Positions 1 through 9,382 of a DNA stretch of 63,607 nucleotides are shown here, one piece after another (position 1 is the stretch's first letter; every line of letters starts with the position of its first letter). The stretch lies in contig JBBIVV010000009.1 in assembly GCA_037439545.1 (NCBI GenBank), forward strand, positions 1-63,607. Direction: 5' to 3'. The position numbers were made by a program, and so were the translations under genes. The stretch is from a bacterium. GTDB lineage: Bacteria > JAMCPX01. The notes below the pieces were generated by a model. That model did no database searches. It saw nothing but the letters and a program-made list of their open reading frames with translations, and was not told the origin of the DNA.

Positions 1-327
1 GCCGAGGTCTACGGCAACAGCAAGCCCCTCATCCGCATATGTGATCTGTCCTTCGTGTATGATAAGACCAGCATCCTCTTCCTGCGCCTTGACTGCGGGC
101 ATGATCCTGTCAAAGGGTATGACCTTGTACCGTAAGTCTTTGAGGTCCATTTTCAGTGCAAGGAATGTGGACGTGTACTCTTCGGGTATTGCAATGATGA
201 TATTTTTTAGATCCTGTTTTCCCCTGCTCACGACTATGTGCCCGTATCCCTTGCCCATGCTTGCACCGCAGGAGAGTATCTGATAGCGGCCTGCTATGTA
301 CGGGTATGCATGCAATGATGCTGCTGT
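1..327 (-). pseudogene. mqnD: 5'-truncated 1,4-dihydroxy-6-naphthoate synthase (MqnD, futalosine pathway); runs off the left window edge
   Basis: Minus-strand frame reads TAASLHAYPYIAGRYQILSCGASMGKGYGHIVV...FDRIMPAV...DAGLIIHEGQITY...VDLG, matching MqnD motifs. Upstream sequence is unrelated, with an in-frame stop at 418-420; the usual N-terminal HSPDPDD segment is absent. Confidence 0.7.
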
Positions 328-404
328 TGCCGTTTGTGTCGTGTCTAATTGTAAATCCTGTGGGAAATAAACCCCCAAGAGAATTAATGGGAGCAAATTA
401 TGTT

Positions 405-440
405 GGTCTGGTGACGACTATGTATATGCGATTCAGTGAG
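405..440 (+). repeat. 36-bp direct repeat, copy 1
   Basis: GGTCTGGTGACGACTATGTATATGCGATTCAGTGAG, identical to 1406-1441. Confidence 0.95.
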
Positions 441-517
441 GTGAGATAAGATGCAAGGGCGGGTAACCGCCATTTTTAATCCCTCGTTTCCCCGAGGCCT
501 GCCGGTGAATGCATGTG

Positions 518-796
518 CTATTTTGTGGTTTGCAGCTCTTCTTCAATTTTTTGTGCAAGAAACATTTTTAATAAAGATTGATAGGGCACATCTCTCTTAT
601 TCGCCAGAAGTTTAAGATGCTCAAAAAGCGAATCCGGCAGCCTGATTGATATTGTCCTCGTGGAAGGTTTGAGATTTGCAAACAGGACCTTCTTGGATTT
701 TGAGTAATCTATATATTCTGTAGAATCATGCTCGGACCAGAACTTAGTTTCCTCTTTTTCAGTTTTAAATTTTGGTATTTCCTTCAATTTGCTCAT
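518..796 (-). CDS. brnA: BrnA/CopG-family antitoxin
   Basis: IPKFKTEKEETKFWSEHDSTEY...TISIRLP...VPYQSLLK signature; overlaps the upstream BrnT gene. Confidence 0.85.
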   Translation of the reverse strand: MSKLKEIPKFKTEKEETKFWSEHDSTEYIDYSKSKKVLFANLKPSTRTISIRLPDSLFEHLKLLANKRDVPYQSLLKMFLAQKIEEELQTTK

Positions 797-1094
797 AAAC
801 TTTCCTTTCTTTTCTGCTCATATCCCGTGCAGATATAAGCCGTATTTTGTTTTTCCTTATGGTGAATACAATAAACAATAGCCTACCCGTGTCGGTCTTG
901 CCTAATATATAATAACGGGCTTCTATGAAAGAATGGGCTGCATCACTTTCTACAACTAACGGGGTATTGAAGAAAACTTCTTCGCACTCGATATGACCGA
1001 CTCTATGCTTCCCCCAATTCTTCGAGATATTTCCTTTATCCCATTCAAATCCTTCAATATTTAAAAATAAATCCTTTATATTCTGTTCTTTCAT
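765..1094 (-). CDS. brnT: BrnT-family (DUF497) ribonuclease toxin
   Basis: FEWDKGN..KN..KH.V...ECEEVF, LFIVFTIR..KIRLISARDMSRKER motifs. Confidence 0.9.
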   Translation of the reverse strand: MKEQNIKDLFLNIEGFEWDKGNISKNWGKHRVGHIECEEVFFNTPLVVESDAAHSFIEARYYILGKTDTGRLLFIVFTIRKNKIRLISARDMSRKERKVYEQIEGNTKI

Positions 1095-1230
1095 ATAAGA
1101 ATGTATATGCCTAATATATACATTTTACAGAATCTGTCAATCAATTTCGTCCGGACGGAACCGCCCGGGTCCCGATGGACCCGCTGGACATAGATAATGG
1201 GGGGGTATGATATATTAAGGCCCATCGAAA

Positions 1231-1440
1231 GTGCAGTGGTCATCAGCAGTGCAAGCCCATCCAAGGTTTCGCGGGGACATTCAGTCAACGGGCTTAAGCA
1301 CGATAAATACAAGTGCCATAACAGGGACGGTCAGATGGAAGTATCGAACCGGCAATGCAGTAAACTCCTCACCGGCGATCGGTGCGGATGGCACGGTCTA
1401 CATCGGGTCTGGTGACGACTATGTATATGCGATTCAGTGA
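1231..1440 (+). pseudogene. PQQ-like beta-propeller repeat protein fragment (single blade)
   Basis: FRGDIQSTGLS...RWKYRTGNAVNSSPAIGADGTVYIGSGDDYVYAIQ is one PQQ/BamB-type repeat; too short for a propeller. Confidence 0.65.
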
Positions 1441-1441
1441 G
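1406..1441 (+). repeat. 36-bp direct repeat, copy 2
   Basis: Identical to 405-440; encodes GSGDDYVYAIQ-stop. Confidence 0.95.
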
Positions 1442-1736
1442 ATGAACATTTTATAAAATAAGAGCAGCTTGCTTCCACGGGGGACGGGAACATAAGAAAA
1501 CAGGGAAAAACCTGACAAACGGCTTTTCCCTGCCGATAACATACAGATGAGAGATCGCAGAGATTTTCTTTAATACCCCATGTTCTTGAGATGCTGAGCC
1601 ATGGAAGGGTTATTATTTATTATAAACGTTGTCAGACCCGATAATCCCGAGCTGTTTTTCGCCCTGTACACGGCACCGATTTCAAGTATTCCGCCCGGCT
1701 CGATGATACAGCCAACCTCCGGGGCTGCACCTATGG

Positions 1737-2960
1737 TCAGGTCCCCGTTCTCTTGGGATTAAAGAATTTTCTTAAATAATAGAGAGAAGGCACAAGCCCC
1801 AGTACTCCTCCGATAAAGATAGATATTCTTACCCCGAAAATATCCGCGATGCCGCCGATAAACAGATTACCAATAGGAGTAACACCCATGAATACGAGAG
1901 AATACACGCTCATTGCCCTGCCTTTCAATGCATCGGGCGTATTGAGCTGTACTGTCGTGTTCGCAAGTGCAGTGAAAATGATTACCCCGAATCCTATGAA
2001 AAAGAGAACCAGCATGGCAGGATACATACCTGAAACAAACGCCAGAAGCATCTGGAATGCGGATAAAATGATTGCCCCCATTATGAGGACGAACGGATTT
2101 GGGCTTCGGCTGCTCCTCAATGCTACGAGTATGGCACCTATGATGGAACCTACACCGAGGGATGACATAAGAAAACCAAAGATTTCAGGGTCGTTATGAA
2201 AAATATATTTTGAGTATACCGGTATGACAACATTAAAGTTGATTGCAAATAACGATACAATAAACATCAGCATGATAACATTAAAAACTATCGTGGTATT
2301 CTTTATATAAATTAGGCCTTCTTTCACACCCTCGATTACATTTTTATTAATCGATCCTCCCGGCACGCCGTCGATATCTATCATAAACAGTCCTATAATA
2401 ACCGGAATAAAGCTGATACCGTTCAGTAAGAATGTCGTTGCAATACCGACCTTTGCTATGAGTAACCCTGCTATGGCCGGTCCTATGAGTCTTGCCAGAT
2501 TAAAGGTCGTGGAATTGAGTGCGATGGCGTTCATCAGCGAGTCCCTGCCTACGAGACTGATCATAAATGCCTGTCTGGCGGGGACATCGAGGCTTGTTGC
2601 CAGACCAAGTAACGATGCCAATATGAGAATATGCCAGTAATTTACAATACCTTGTGCTGTCAGGAGCCAGAGGATAATAGCGAGTACTGCCATGAGGGTC
2701 TGCGTCAATATAATGATGTGCCTTTTGGGAAACCGGTCAACGATGCTTCCTGCAAATATGGATAAGACAAGAATAGGCATGTATTGTGCTGCACCTATCA
2801 GACCGAGGAGAAAAGGAGAATCGGTAAGTTTTAATATGAGCCATGCCTGTCCTATGCTCTGCATCCACGTTCCTATGAGGGATATGGCCTGACCAATCCA
2901 GAATAATCTGAAGTTTCTATATCTTAAAGAAGAAAATATTTTTCTTACTGTATCTATCAT
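1737..2960 (-). CDS. MFS transporter (H+ antiporter/DUF894-like)
   Basis: RNFRLFWIGQAISLIGTWMQ, G.IVDRFPKR motif A, about 12 hydrophobic segments. Confidence 0.9.
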   Translation of the reverse strand: MIDTVRKIFSSLRYRNFRLFWIGQAISLIGTWMQSIGQAWLILKLTDSPFLLGLIGAAQYMPILVLSIFAGSIVDRFPKRHIIILTQTLMAVLAIILWLLTAQGIVNYWHILILASLLGLATSLDVPARQAFMISLVGRDSLMNAIALNSTTFNLARLIGPAIAGLLIAKVGIATTFLLNGISFIPVIIGLFMIDIDGVPGGSINKNVIEGVKEGLIYIKNTTIVFNVIMLMFIVSLFAINFNVVIPVYSKYIFHNDPEIFGFLMSSLGVGSIIGAILVALRSSRSPNPFVLIMGAIILSAFQMLLAFVSGMYPAMLVLFFIGFGVIIFTALANTTVQLNTPDALKGRAMSVYSLVFMGVTPIGNLFIGGIADIFGVRISIFIGGVLGLVPSLYYLRKFFNPKRTGT

Positions 2961-3142
2961 GGGTTTAAGTTATAAGACTCATATAGTAAAGCAACGCCGT
3001 TAACCAGTCAACTCATGGGTTCAAAAAACGTAAAAAAGATTGATTACGATGTATGCATGGAGTGAAGCGGCAGAGGGAGATGATTTTGTTGTTGTCCCAA
3101 AGAAAGGACGGGAATGAACGACTTTTCTATTGCATTTTCAGG

Positions 3143-4669
3143 TCAATATTTATTTTTTGATGCATACACTGCAAAGTTTGCCGCGGTGCCTGTATAGACG
3201 TGCGGCAGGGTTATCATAGGATTTGAGAGGGAGTTGAGCATGTCCGATCCCCTGAGTTTATTGTAATCGATGCTTCGATCCATCAGTACCTTGTTGAATT
3301 CCTCTTTTGCCTTCTTTCTTGCCTCGTAAAGCTTCATCTGTACCCTGCTTTTTACATTGACCTCAGCGTCTCCTGAGGTCTCTATCGAGACAAATATGCT
3401 TTCCGACAGATCATCGGTGACTTTCGACTGCACTCCGTCACTCAGTGTACTGGGCATGCATCCGAACGGCTTTACAGAAACGACCATGTGTGCTTTTTTT
3501 TCTTCAAAAGCCATCCTGTGCTTGCCGACCTCGAGGTGTCCCTCACCGCCGGTTATATGAATGTCGAAGTAGGGCGCGGCATACTGTGCAAGCCTGTTCT
3601 GTGACGGCAGTTTGTGTATCCATCCACCCAGTGCTCTTCTGTAGGTGTTGAAATAAAATTTAAAGAGATGTTTTAAAATAAATATGCCTATCAGTTTTCC
3701 TGCCGACTTCACAGGCTTGATTGTAAAACGTTCCCTTTCTTCAAGAGAGCTGTTCCATAATAGGTAATCTATCCATGTTGAAACCGGCTCTGCTTTTACC
3801 TCTGCACCTTCTGATTCAAGCCATCGCGCAAGCTTGTAGTTACCGTCGCCCTCTGTAGTTTGTGCCCAGAATTCTCCTATGATCTGGACAATAGGTTTGA
3901 CCCTGAGGTAATCGGCCTCGATCTTGCACAGTCTCTCATGGAGCCCGTGTAAGCACTTTCTTATTGAAGCCTTGTTTATCAAGGCACGGTAAAGCCTCTC
4001 TCTGTAGAGAGCTATGACACTGTCCGTCTCACCGGAATTTTTCTCATAAGGTCTTATCCTGTATCCTATCTCATTCAGCATATCCCCGAGGACCAGTGAT
4101 TTTATAAGTTCGGTGTAAAAAGTCCTGTTTGCCTGAATGCCTTTGTCGGATGCTTTATCGTATGAATTCGACTGTTCGAAGGTAAGGATCCTGAAATGTC
4201 CGAATCCGGCATCCTGCAGAGATTTTCTGTATTCCGATTCATACATCCCGAACCTGCACGGGCCGCATGCACCTGCTGTTAAAAATACATATTTATCTTC
4301 GACATCTTTTTTGCCGCTCGTTTTAAGGGCGTTCAGGTGTCTTATAAGATTACCGACAGTGTAGTAGGTGGGGTTACACTGACCGCGGTTGCCGTATTCC
4401 TTGCCTGTCTGGAGCGACTGATTGTCGGGTACCGGCAGGTAATCGGCATTATAACCAAGGCTCTCCAAGGCGCCTTTAATAAGGCGCTCATGATTCAGCG
4501 TAAGCCCGCCGAACAGTATTGTCGTTCTGTTTCTTTGTTCTCTCGTGAAAGGCAGTTCAGTATGCTTTTTATAATGTTTTATGTTTTTCCGGTCAATCAT
4601 AGGTTTCAACCTGTAGTGGGGAATATATTGCACTTGACGTATAATTTTCAGGGAGTGACTCAGGTTCAT
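3143..4669 (-). CDS. 2-hydroxyacyl-CoA dehydratase/reductase-like subunit (PlsR-like)
   Basis: GQCNPTY, GACGPCRFGMY and KPFGCMP cysteine motifs; downstream of the activase gene; start codon uncertain. Confidence 0.75.
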   Translation of the reverse strand: MNLSHSLKIIRQVQYIPHYRLKPMIDRKNIKHYKKHTELPFTREQRNRTTILFGGLTLNHERLIKGALESLGYNADYLPVPDNQSLQTGKEYGNRGQCNPTYYTVGNLIRHLNALKTSGKKDVEDKYVFLTAGACGPCRFGMYESEYRKSLQDAGFGHFRILTFEQSNSYDKASDKGIQANRTFYTELIKSLVLGDMLNEIGYRIRPYEKNSGETDSVIALYRERLYRALINKASIRKCLHGLHERLCKIEADYLRVKPIVQIIGEFWAQTTEGDGNYKLARWLESEGAEVKAEPVSTWIDYLLWNSSLEERERFTIKPVKSAGKLIGIFILKHLFKFYFNTYRRALGGWIHKLPSQNRLAQYAAPYFDIHITGGEGHLEVGKHRMAFEEKKAHMVVSVKPFGCMPSTLSDGVQSKVTDDLSESIFVSIETSGDAEVNVKSRVQMKLYEARKKAKEEFNKVLMDRSIDYNKLRGSDMLNSLSNPMITLPHVYTGTAANFAVYASKNKY

Positions 4670-7600
4670 TCCTTAAATGTTCCGTATACTGTTTGAGAAA
4701 ATAATCGATGGTCTCTATCCTTATCTTTATCGATCCTGCCGGCTTATTCTCGTCTATGTCATGGAACGTGAAATAAGGGGTATCGGACGCCTTAAGGATT
4801 GACTCGATGGTGCTGTAAATCGGGGCGTCGTTTCCGCACCGGAAGCTTGACAGGTCGACTGCGACGAGGTTTTTGTGCCGTGCAATATACTTTGCAGCCC
4901 AGAGTTTTTTGTTTGTGTTTTCACTGTAAGAGTTTTTCCACACATCGTCTATGCTCATGGGATGAGCGGGCTCTCCCGGCGACAGCTCGTCACCGAACAG
5001 TTTCAAAAGTGATTCATCATCGACAGGGAGTGATTCTATCGTAAATACAGGATAACCGCGTTTCTGGAGCTCCGAGAGAATATCGTGGTTGATCCCGGGA
5101 TCAGCATGGTAAGGCCTGCCCAGCACTGCGATCCCTATTCTCTTCTCTTTTTCCAGTCTTTCAATTACCGCTCTGGCCTGGTCCCGTAACCCGTGGTAAA
5201 ATTGTTTCAGCACAAGCTCGCCGGATTCGATTGCCCTCATATTTTCCTGTCCGCTTATGCCGAACAGCTCTTTGAAGAATTCGTGCATCTGGGACCTGAA
5301 GAGTTCAGGCTCCGACATGTTGAGTACCGGGGTCAGATATTTTATTCCACGCTGCTTGAATACGTCGTCCTGTTTCGTGAATGCAGCCTTGATTACTTCC
5401 GGCGTTATTGTGGCAGAAGGACATGCATGACTGTTCACCGTATGAACAAGCTCTGTCTTGAGTGTAAGCATGATGGGGTAGAATATTACATCGACGTCCT
5501 TTTTGTATATCAGATTGTGGACATGGGCAAGTGCAGCCTTGCTCGGGAAACATTGATCGATCGAGCCCCTCCTTGTGCCGTGCTTGTACATGAGCTCGTC
5601 TGTCACGTCCGAAAAGACGATATTTTTCCCTGGTATGCCGATGGCTTTCAGATATCCTGTAAAGAACGGCGCCGTGCCGTACATGTTCAATGCCCTCGGT
5701 ATGCCTATGCGCGTGGTTTTGCGGAGGTGTAAATGTTTTTTGTCCGTCATCTTTCTCAAAACTACGTGTGATACGGATTTATAGAGAGCAGGGTGTTGCA
5801 GCGTATCACGGTGCGGCTCAATATCCGTTGAAAATGCCTGATTGACCATAAGAGCGGAAAAATCAGGGTTATCTTTCTTTATCCTGTCGAGCTGTGCTTT
5901 TGCAGTCCGCACTGCATCGATGTTGTCAGCCATGCCCTTTTCGCACGTGGCTACTATAAACCTGCTGTCTTTCCCTCCGGATTTGTGCATATCAATAAAG
6001 ATCCTGAGGCATTTGTTTTTGCAGAAATTACAGCGGGTCGTCTGGTCCTGTGTTATTGTATAGCTAAGGTCACGGATCGCATCCATGCCTATGAATCCCG
6101 ATGTCCTGTTGCCGAGTACGCTCATCGTTTCTATCGCAGCACCTATTGCACCGCTTTCGCCTGTGTACCGGTGAACGGTAATAGTGGCATCCGGAACCCT
6201 CAATTTGATGAAATCATGCTGTGCCTTTACGACTGCGAGGTTGTTATGCGTACCTCCCTGAAGGACAAAATTTTTACCGAACTTCCCGAGGTTTGATTCC
6301 TGAACGACATACAGCCAGATGTTTTTGGGCAGCACGTCCGCGAGTCCTGCCATGATCTCTTCTCTTGTAAATCCCTGCTGCTGGAAATTTACAATATCCG
6401 CCTCAAGAAAAACCGCGCACCCGTAGTTGAACGACGGTGCACGCGCTGCTTTCAAAGCCACCTCGGCATATTCATTAATTTCATAGCCGAACCTGTTTGC
6501 GGTATTCTGCAGGAAATATCCGTTGCCCGCAGAGCACTGCGTGTTCAGTCTGAAGTCTTTTACCCTGCCGTTATCGAGGAATATGATCTTGATATCCTGA
6601 CCGCCCACATCGCAGATCACATCTACGTCTTTATAAAAATGGAGTGCTGATTTTGTGTGTGCCACAGTCTCGACAATAGCAACGTCAGCACCTATCGCCT
6701 CTTTTATAATGTCCTTCGCATATCCTGTTGTGCCCGCCCCGAGTATTTCAAGTTTTTTGCCGCTCATGGTTACGGCATGGTTCAGGCTCATGATGATCTG
6801 TTTTGTGTCGTCGATAGGATTACCGCGTGACAGTATGTAAGCCCGTTCAATGACCTCGCCGTTCCCCGTAATCAGTACTCCTTTTGTCGAGGTAGAACCA
6901 CCGTCTATGCCGAGATACGCTTTTATTACTTTGTCCCCGTGAGACGTGGAGGCTGCTTGAGGAACCGGAGCTGCATTTTTCAGAAAAGACAGGGATTCAT
7001 TACGTGTGCCGGAAGCCCCCTGCAATCCGGCAGCAGATGTGTTTCTTATTTGATGAAGATGCTGTGCAAGTATGTCCGCTCCACGGAATTTACTCTCCTT
7101 TTCATCCGATATGCCGTAAAATATACTCCCTATTGCGGCAAAGAACTGAGCATTGTCCGGTACGCTGATATGCGATGCGGGATCACCTGTTACTTTCACA
7201 CCTCTCTGTTCCCAGAGTAGCGGTATATTATGCTGCCATGCCTGTTTCAACGCAGGAATAAAGGTGTTCGGACCGCCGAGCAGCAGCACATCCGGATTCA
7301 TGGTATTGCCGCGTGTGAGTACGCTCAGATTCTGCTGCACTATTGCCTCAAACAATGATGCCATGAGCTCTTCCGGAGCTACTCCCTGTTTCTGGAGGCT
7401 GTTTATGTCCATCTCGGCAAATACGCCGCACCTGCCTGCGATGGTATGCAGCTTGACGCCGGTGTATTCAAGGTGAGACAGGTACTGCTGTGTAATGTTG
7501 AGTTTTCCCGCGATCCTGTCAATAACAGTTCCCGTGCCGCCGGCACACTTATCGTTCATGGTCGTAAATATGCGTTTTCTGCCGGTTGACGGATCGACAG

Positions 7601-7979
7601 ACCATAGAATGGCTTTTGCATCCTGCCCGCCTATTTCTACTACGCTGTTTATATCCGGATAAAGCTTTTCTATAACAAGGGTTACTGCATTGACCTCCTG
7701 CACATACCTGCATCCCAGTATGGACGCAATCGTTGCCCCGCCGCTGCCCGTAACAAAAAGGCTGAGTTCCTTGTCGCTGAACCGTTCCTGCACTGCCGAC
7801 AGGAATTCTATGACTGTTTCAATCTGTCGTGCCTCATGCCTCTGGTAAGAACTATAAAGAATGTTTTGTGCATCATCAAATACCACGCCTTTTACAGTCG
7901 TTGAACCTACATCGAGACCAATATAATATTGTTTCATATTCTGTTGCATGTTATTTGACGGACAATCCATAAAGAACAA
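4593..7979 (-). CDS. CoA-substrate-specific enzyme activase with two BadF/BadG/BcrA/BcrD ATPase domains plus DUF2229-like domain (PlsA-like)
   Basis: GLDVGSTTVK and GIDGGSTSTK ASKHA motifs; GGQD twice; KCAGGTG/RCGVF and QCSAGNG/GCAVF Fe-S ligands; C-terminal GIPRAL, CFPSK, GRPYH; true start may be a downstream Met. Confidence 0.85.
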   Translation of the reverse strand: MFFMDCPSNNMQQNMKQYYIGLDVGSTTVKGVVFDDAQNILYSSYQRHEARQIETVIEFLSAVQERFSDKELSLFVTGSGGATIASILGCRYVQEVNAVTLVIEKLYPDINSVVEIGGQDAKAILWSVDPSTGRKRIFTTMNDKCAGGTGTVIDRIAGKLNITQQYLSHLEYTGVKLHTIAGRCGVFAEMDINSLQKQGVAPEELMASLFEAIVQQNLSVLTRGNTMNPDVLLLGGPNTFIPALKQAWQHNIPLLWEQRGVKVTGDPASHISVPDNAQFFAAIGSIFYGISDEKESKFRGADILAQHLHQIRNTSAAGLQGASGTRNESLSFLKNAAPVPQAASTSHGDKVIKAYLGIDGGSTSTKGVLITGNGEVIERAYILSRGNPIDDTKQIIMSLNHAVTMSGKKLEILGAGTTGYAKDIIKEAIGADVAIVETVAHTKSALHFYKDVDVICDVGGQDIKIIFLDNGRVKDFRLNTQCSAGNGYFLQNTANRFGYEINEYAEVALKAARAPSFNYGCAVFLEADIVNFQQQGFTREEIMAGLADVLPKNIWLYVVQESNLGKFGKNFVLQGGTHNNLAVVKAQHDFIKLRVPDATITVHRYTGESGAIGAAIETMSVLGNRTSGFIGMDAIRDLSYTITQDQTTRCNFCKNKCLRIFIDMHKSGGKDSRFIVATCEKGMADNIDAVRTAKAQLDRIKKDNPDFSALMVNQAFSTDIEPHRDTLQHPALYKSVSHVVLRKMTDKKHLHLRKTTRIGIPRALNMYGTAPFFTGYLKAIGIPGKNIVFSDVTDELMYKHGTRRGSIDQCFPSKAALAHVHNLIYKKDVDVIFYPIMLTLKTELVHTVNSHACPSATITPEVIKAAFTKQDDVFKQRGIKYLTPVLNMSEPELFRSQMHEFFKELFGISGQENMRAIESGELVLKQFYHGLRDQARAVIERLEKEKRIGIAVLGRPYHADPGINHDILSELQKRGYPVFTIESLPVDDESLLKLFGDELSPGEPAHPMSIDDVWKNSYSENTNKKLWAAKYIARHKNLVAVDLSSFRCGNDAPIYSTIESILKASDTPYFTFHDIDENKPAGSIKIRIETIDYFLKQYTEHLRNEPESLPENYTSSAIYSPLQVETYD

Positions 7980-8538
7980 AATCGATCAATTCTTTTATAA
8001 TAATTTCGAGCTGCGGAAGATTATTGTCAGGGCGTGTAATCTTGTCCATAATCTCTTTCGTCCCTCCCATGACAAAGGCAGCGATAAGTTTAAGGTTACA
8101 CTGCTTAATGAGATCCATCTGTGTGCCGAGTATTAATGCACTCTCGATAACCGAAGTAATCTTGTTATAGAAACCGTCAATCTTCTGGTCAGTAATACTA
8201 TCAAGTCCGGGGGCGTGTCTGAAGAGTATCCTTGCAAGCTCCGGGTCGTCGGTCGCGAATTGAAAAACCCTTTTCATATTATCCGCTATTTGCTCCAGAG
8301 GAGGCTTTTGATCATCGCCCACAGTAACCCTTCTTACAGAAGCATTGATTTGTTCAAGCAGTTGATCGAACAGGGCATCGAAGATTTCGCGCTTGTCCTT
8401 GAAATACAGGTAGAAAGTGCCCCGTGCTATATCAGCACGCTTTATTATATCACTGATGCTTGTTTCATGATAGCCTTTAATGGCAAACATCTCTTTTGCA
8501 GAACTCAAAATTAATAGCTTTCTTTGTTCAGGTAACAC
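7951..8538 (-). CDS. TetR/AcrR-family transcriptional regulator
   Basis: N-terminal HTH: FAIKGYHETSISDIIKRADIARGTFYLYFKDKREIF. Confidence 0.93.
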   Translation of the reverse strand: MLPEQRKLLILSSAKEMFAIKGYHETSISDIIKRADIARGTFYLYFKDKREIFDALFDQLLEQINASVRRVTVGDDQKPPLEQIADNMKRVFQFATDDPELARILFRHAPGLDSITDQKIDGFYNKITSVIESALILGTQMDLIKQCNLKLIAAFVMGGTKEIMDKITRPDNNLPQLEIIIKELIDFVLYGLSVK

Positions 8539-8555
8539 TACTTAATTCCCCTCTT

Positions 8556-8591
8556 TAATAATTTAGACTGACATGTCAGTCTAAATTATTA
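8556..8591. promoter_or_regulatory. Perfect 36-bp palindrome, probable TetR operator overlapping a sigma70 promoter
   Basis: TAATAATTTAGACTGACA|TGTCAGTCTAAATTATTA; on the minus strand TTGACA (8611-8606), 17 bp spacer, TAATTT (8588-8583). Confidence 0.8.
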
Positions 8592-8707
8592 GGCAAATTT
8601 TATTTTGTCAAGAAGTATTTTATAATTGATAAATATGCTTATTTATTAGAATGTTAAGGCTGATTGTATTTCCTTTAACATGATGCTTTAATTTGACCAT
8701 ATCTGTT

Positions 8708-8809
8708 ACCCCGTTAGAAATCCCCGCCATTTATGGTGGGGATAATTATGATAATTTTTAATTCCTTATAAAAAGGGTGGGTTTAAAGCCGCGTCCTTTC
8801 TCACGGGGT
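8708..8809 (+). mobile_element. 102-bp MITE/REP-like element, family A, copy 1
   Basis: Terminal inverted repeats ACCCCGTTAGAAA / TTTCTCACGGGGT; internal hairpin ATCCCCGCCATTTATGGTGGGGAT; inverted copy at 57933-58034. Confidence 0.8.
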
Positions 8810-8860
8810 TTGCTGTGTAATGTAAGGGGGTATGAGTTCAATCGCATTGTAAATGGCTTA

Positions 8861-9382
8861 TCATTTATCTCTTTTCAGCGTGATAATGGCCGCTGGATCT
8901 ATCGCAGTATAGCTGTCATTCCCGAGGTACAGAATAGGTTTTACTACGTGATAATCGAGTGGACCTGTCTCGTGAACACACACAATCTTACCTATAAATA
9001 GATCGTGATCGCCGGCTTGTAGTATGTCCTGAACAGAACATTCATAAGCTGCGTAGGCGAACTTGATGATAGGAACATCCAATTCCTTGAATGGTTTCAA
9101 TTCAACACCTGTTATTTTTATCTTATCGGTATCTCTGCCGCTGATACTGCCAAATCGCACAAGAAGTTTCACGTGTTTAAAATCAATAAAACTGACCGAG
9201 AACAAACCGGATGACTTGATTAATGTATGGGTAAACCGTTTCGGTGATATCGATACACAATAGGTCATCGGATCTTTTGATAATCCCGTTTGCCACGCAG
9301 CGGGCATAAAGTTAGATCTTCCCTCGTATCTCGAACCTATAAGGGGAACCACGCAAGGATAAAATTGATTGAAATCTACCAT
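8861..9382 (-). CDS. Flavin reductase family protein
   Basis: NFMPAAW, FGSISGRDTDK, ECSV...AGDHDLFIGKIV motifs. Confidence 0.9.
   Translation of the reverse strand: MVDFNQFYPCVVPLIGSRYEGRSNFMPAAWQTGLSKDPMTYCVSISPKRFTHTLIKSSGLFSVSFIDFKHVKLLVRFGSISGRDTDKIKITGVELKPFKELDVPIIKFAYAAYECSVQDILQAGDHDLFIGKIVCVHETGPLDYHVVKPILYLGNDSYTAIDPAAIITLKRDK

Noticed and set aside
1148-1190. GC-rich short palindromes upstream of brnT (CGTCCGGACG, GGGTCC-CGAT-GGACCC)
   Set aside because: Could be an operator or chance; no second copy or supporting motif.
405-1441. Possible CRISPR array or integron cassette suggested by the 36-bp repeats
   Set aside because: Only two copies 1 kb apart, coding-derived, with no cas or integrase gene and no attC-like structure.
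1570-1740. Start-less minus-strand frame (LTIGAAPEVG...LEIGAVYRAKNS) vaguely like an outer-membrane beta-barrel fragment
   Set aside because: Too short and the similarity is only impressionistic; needs a profile search.
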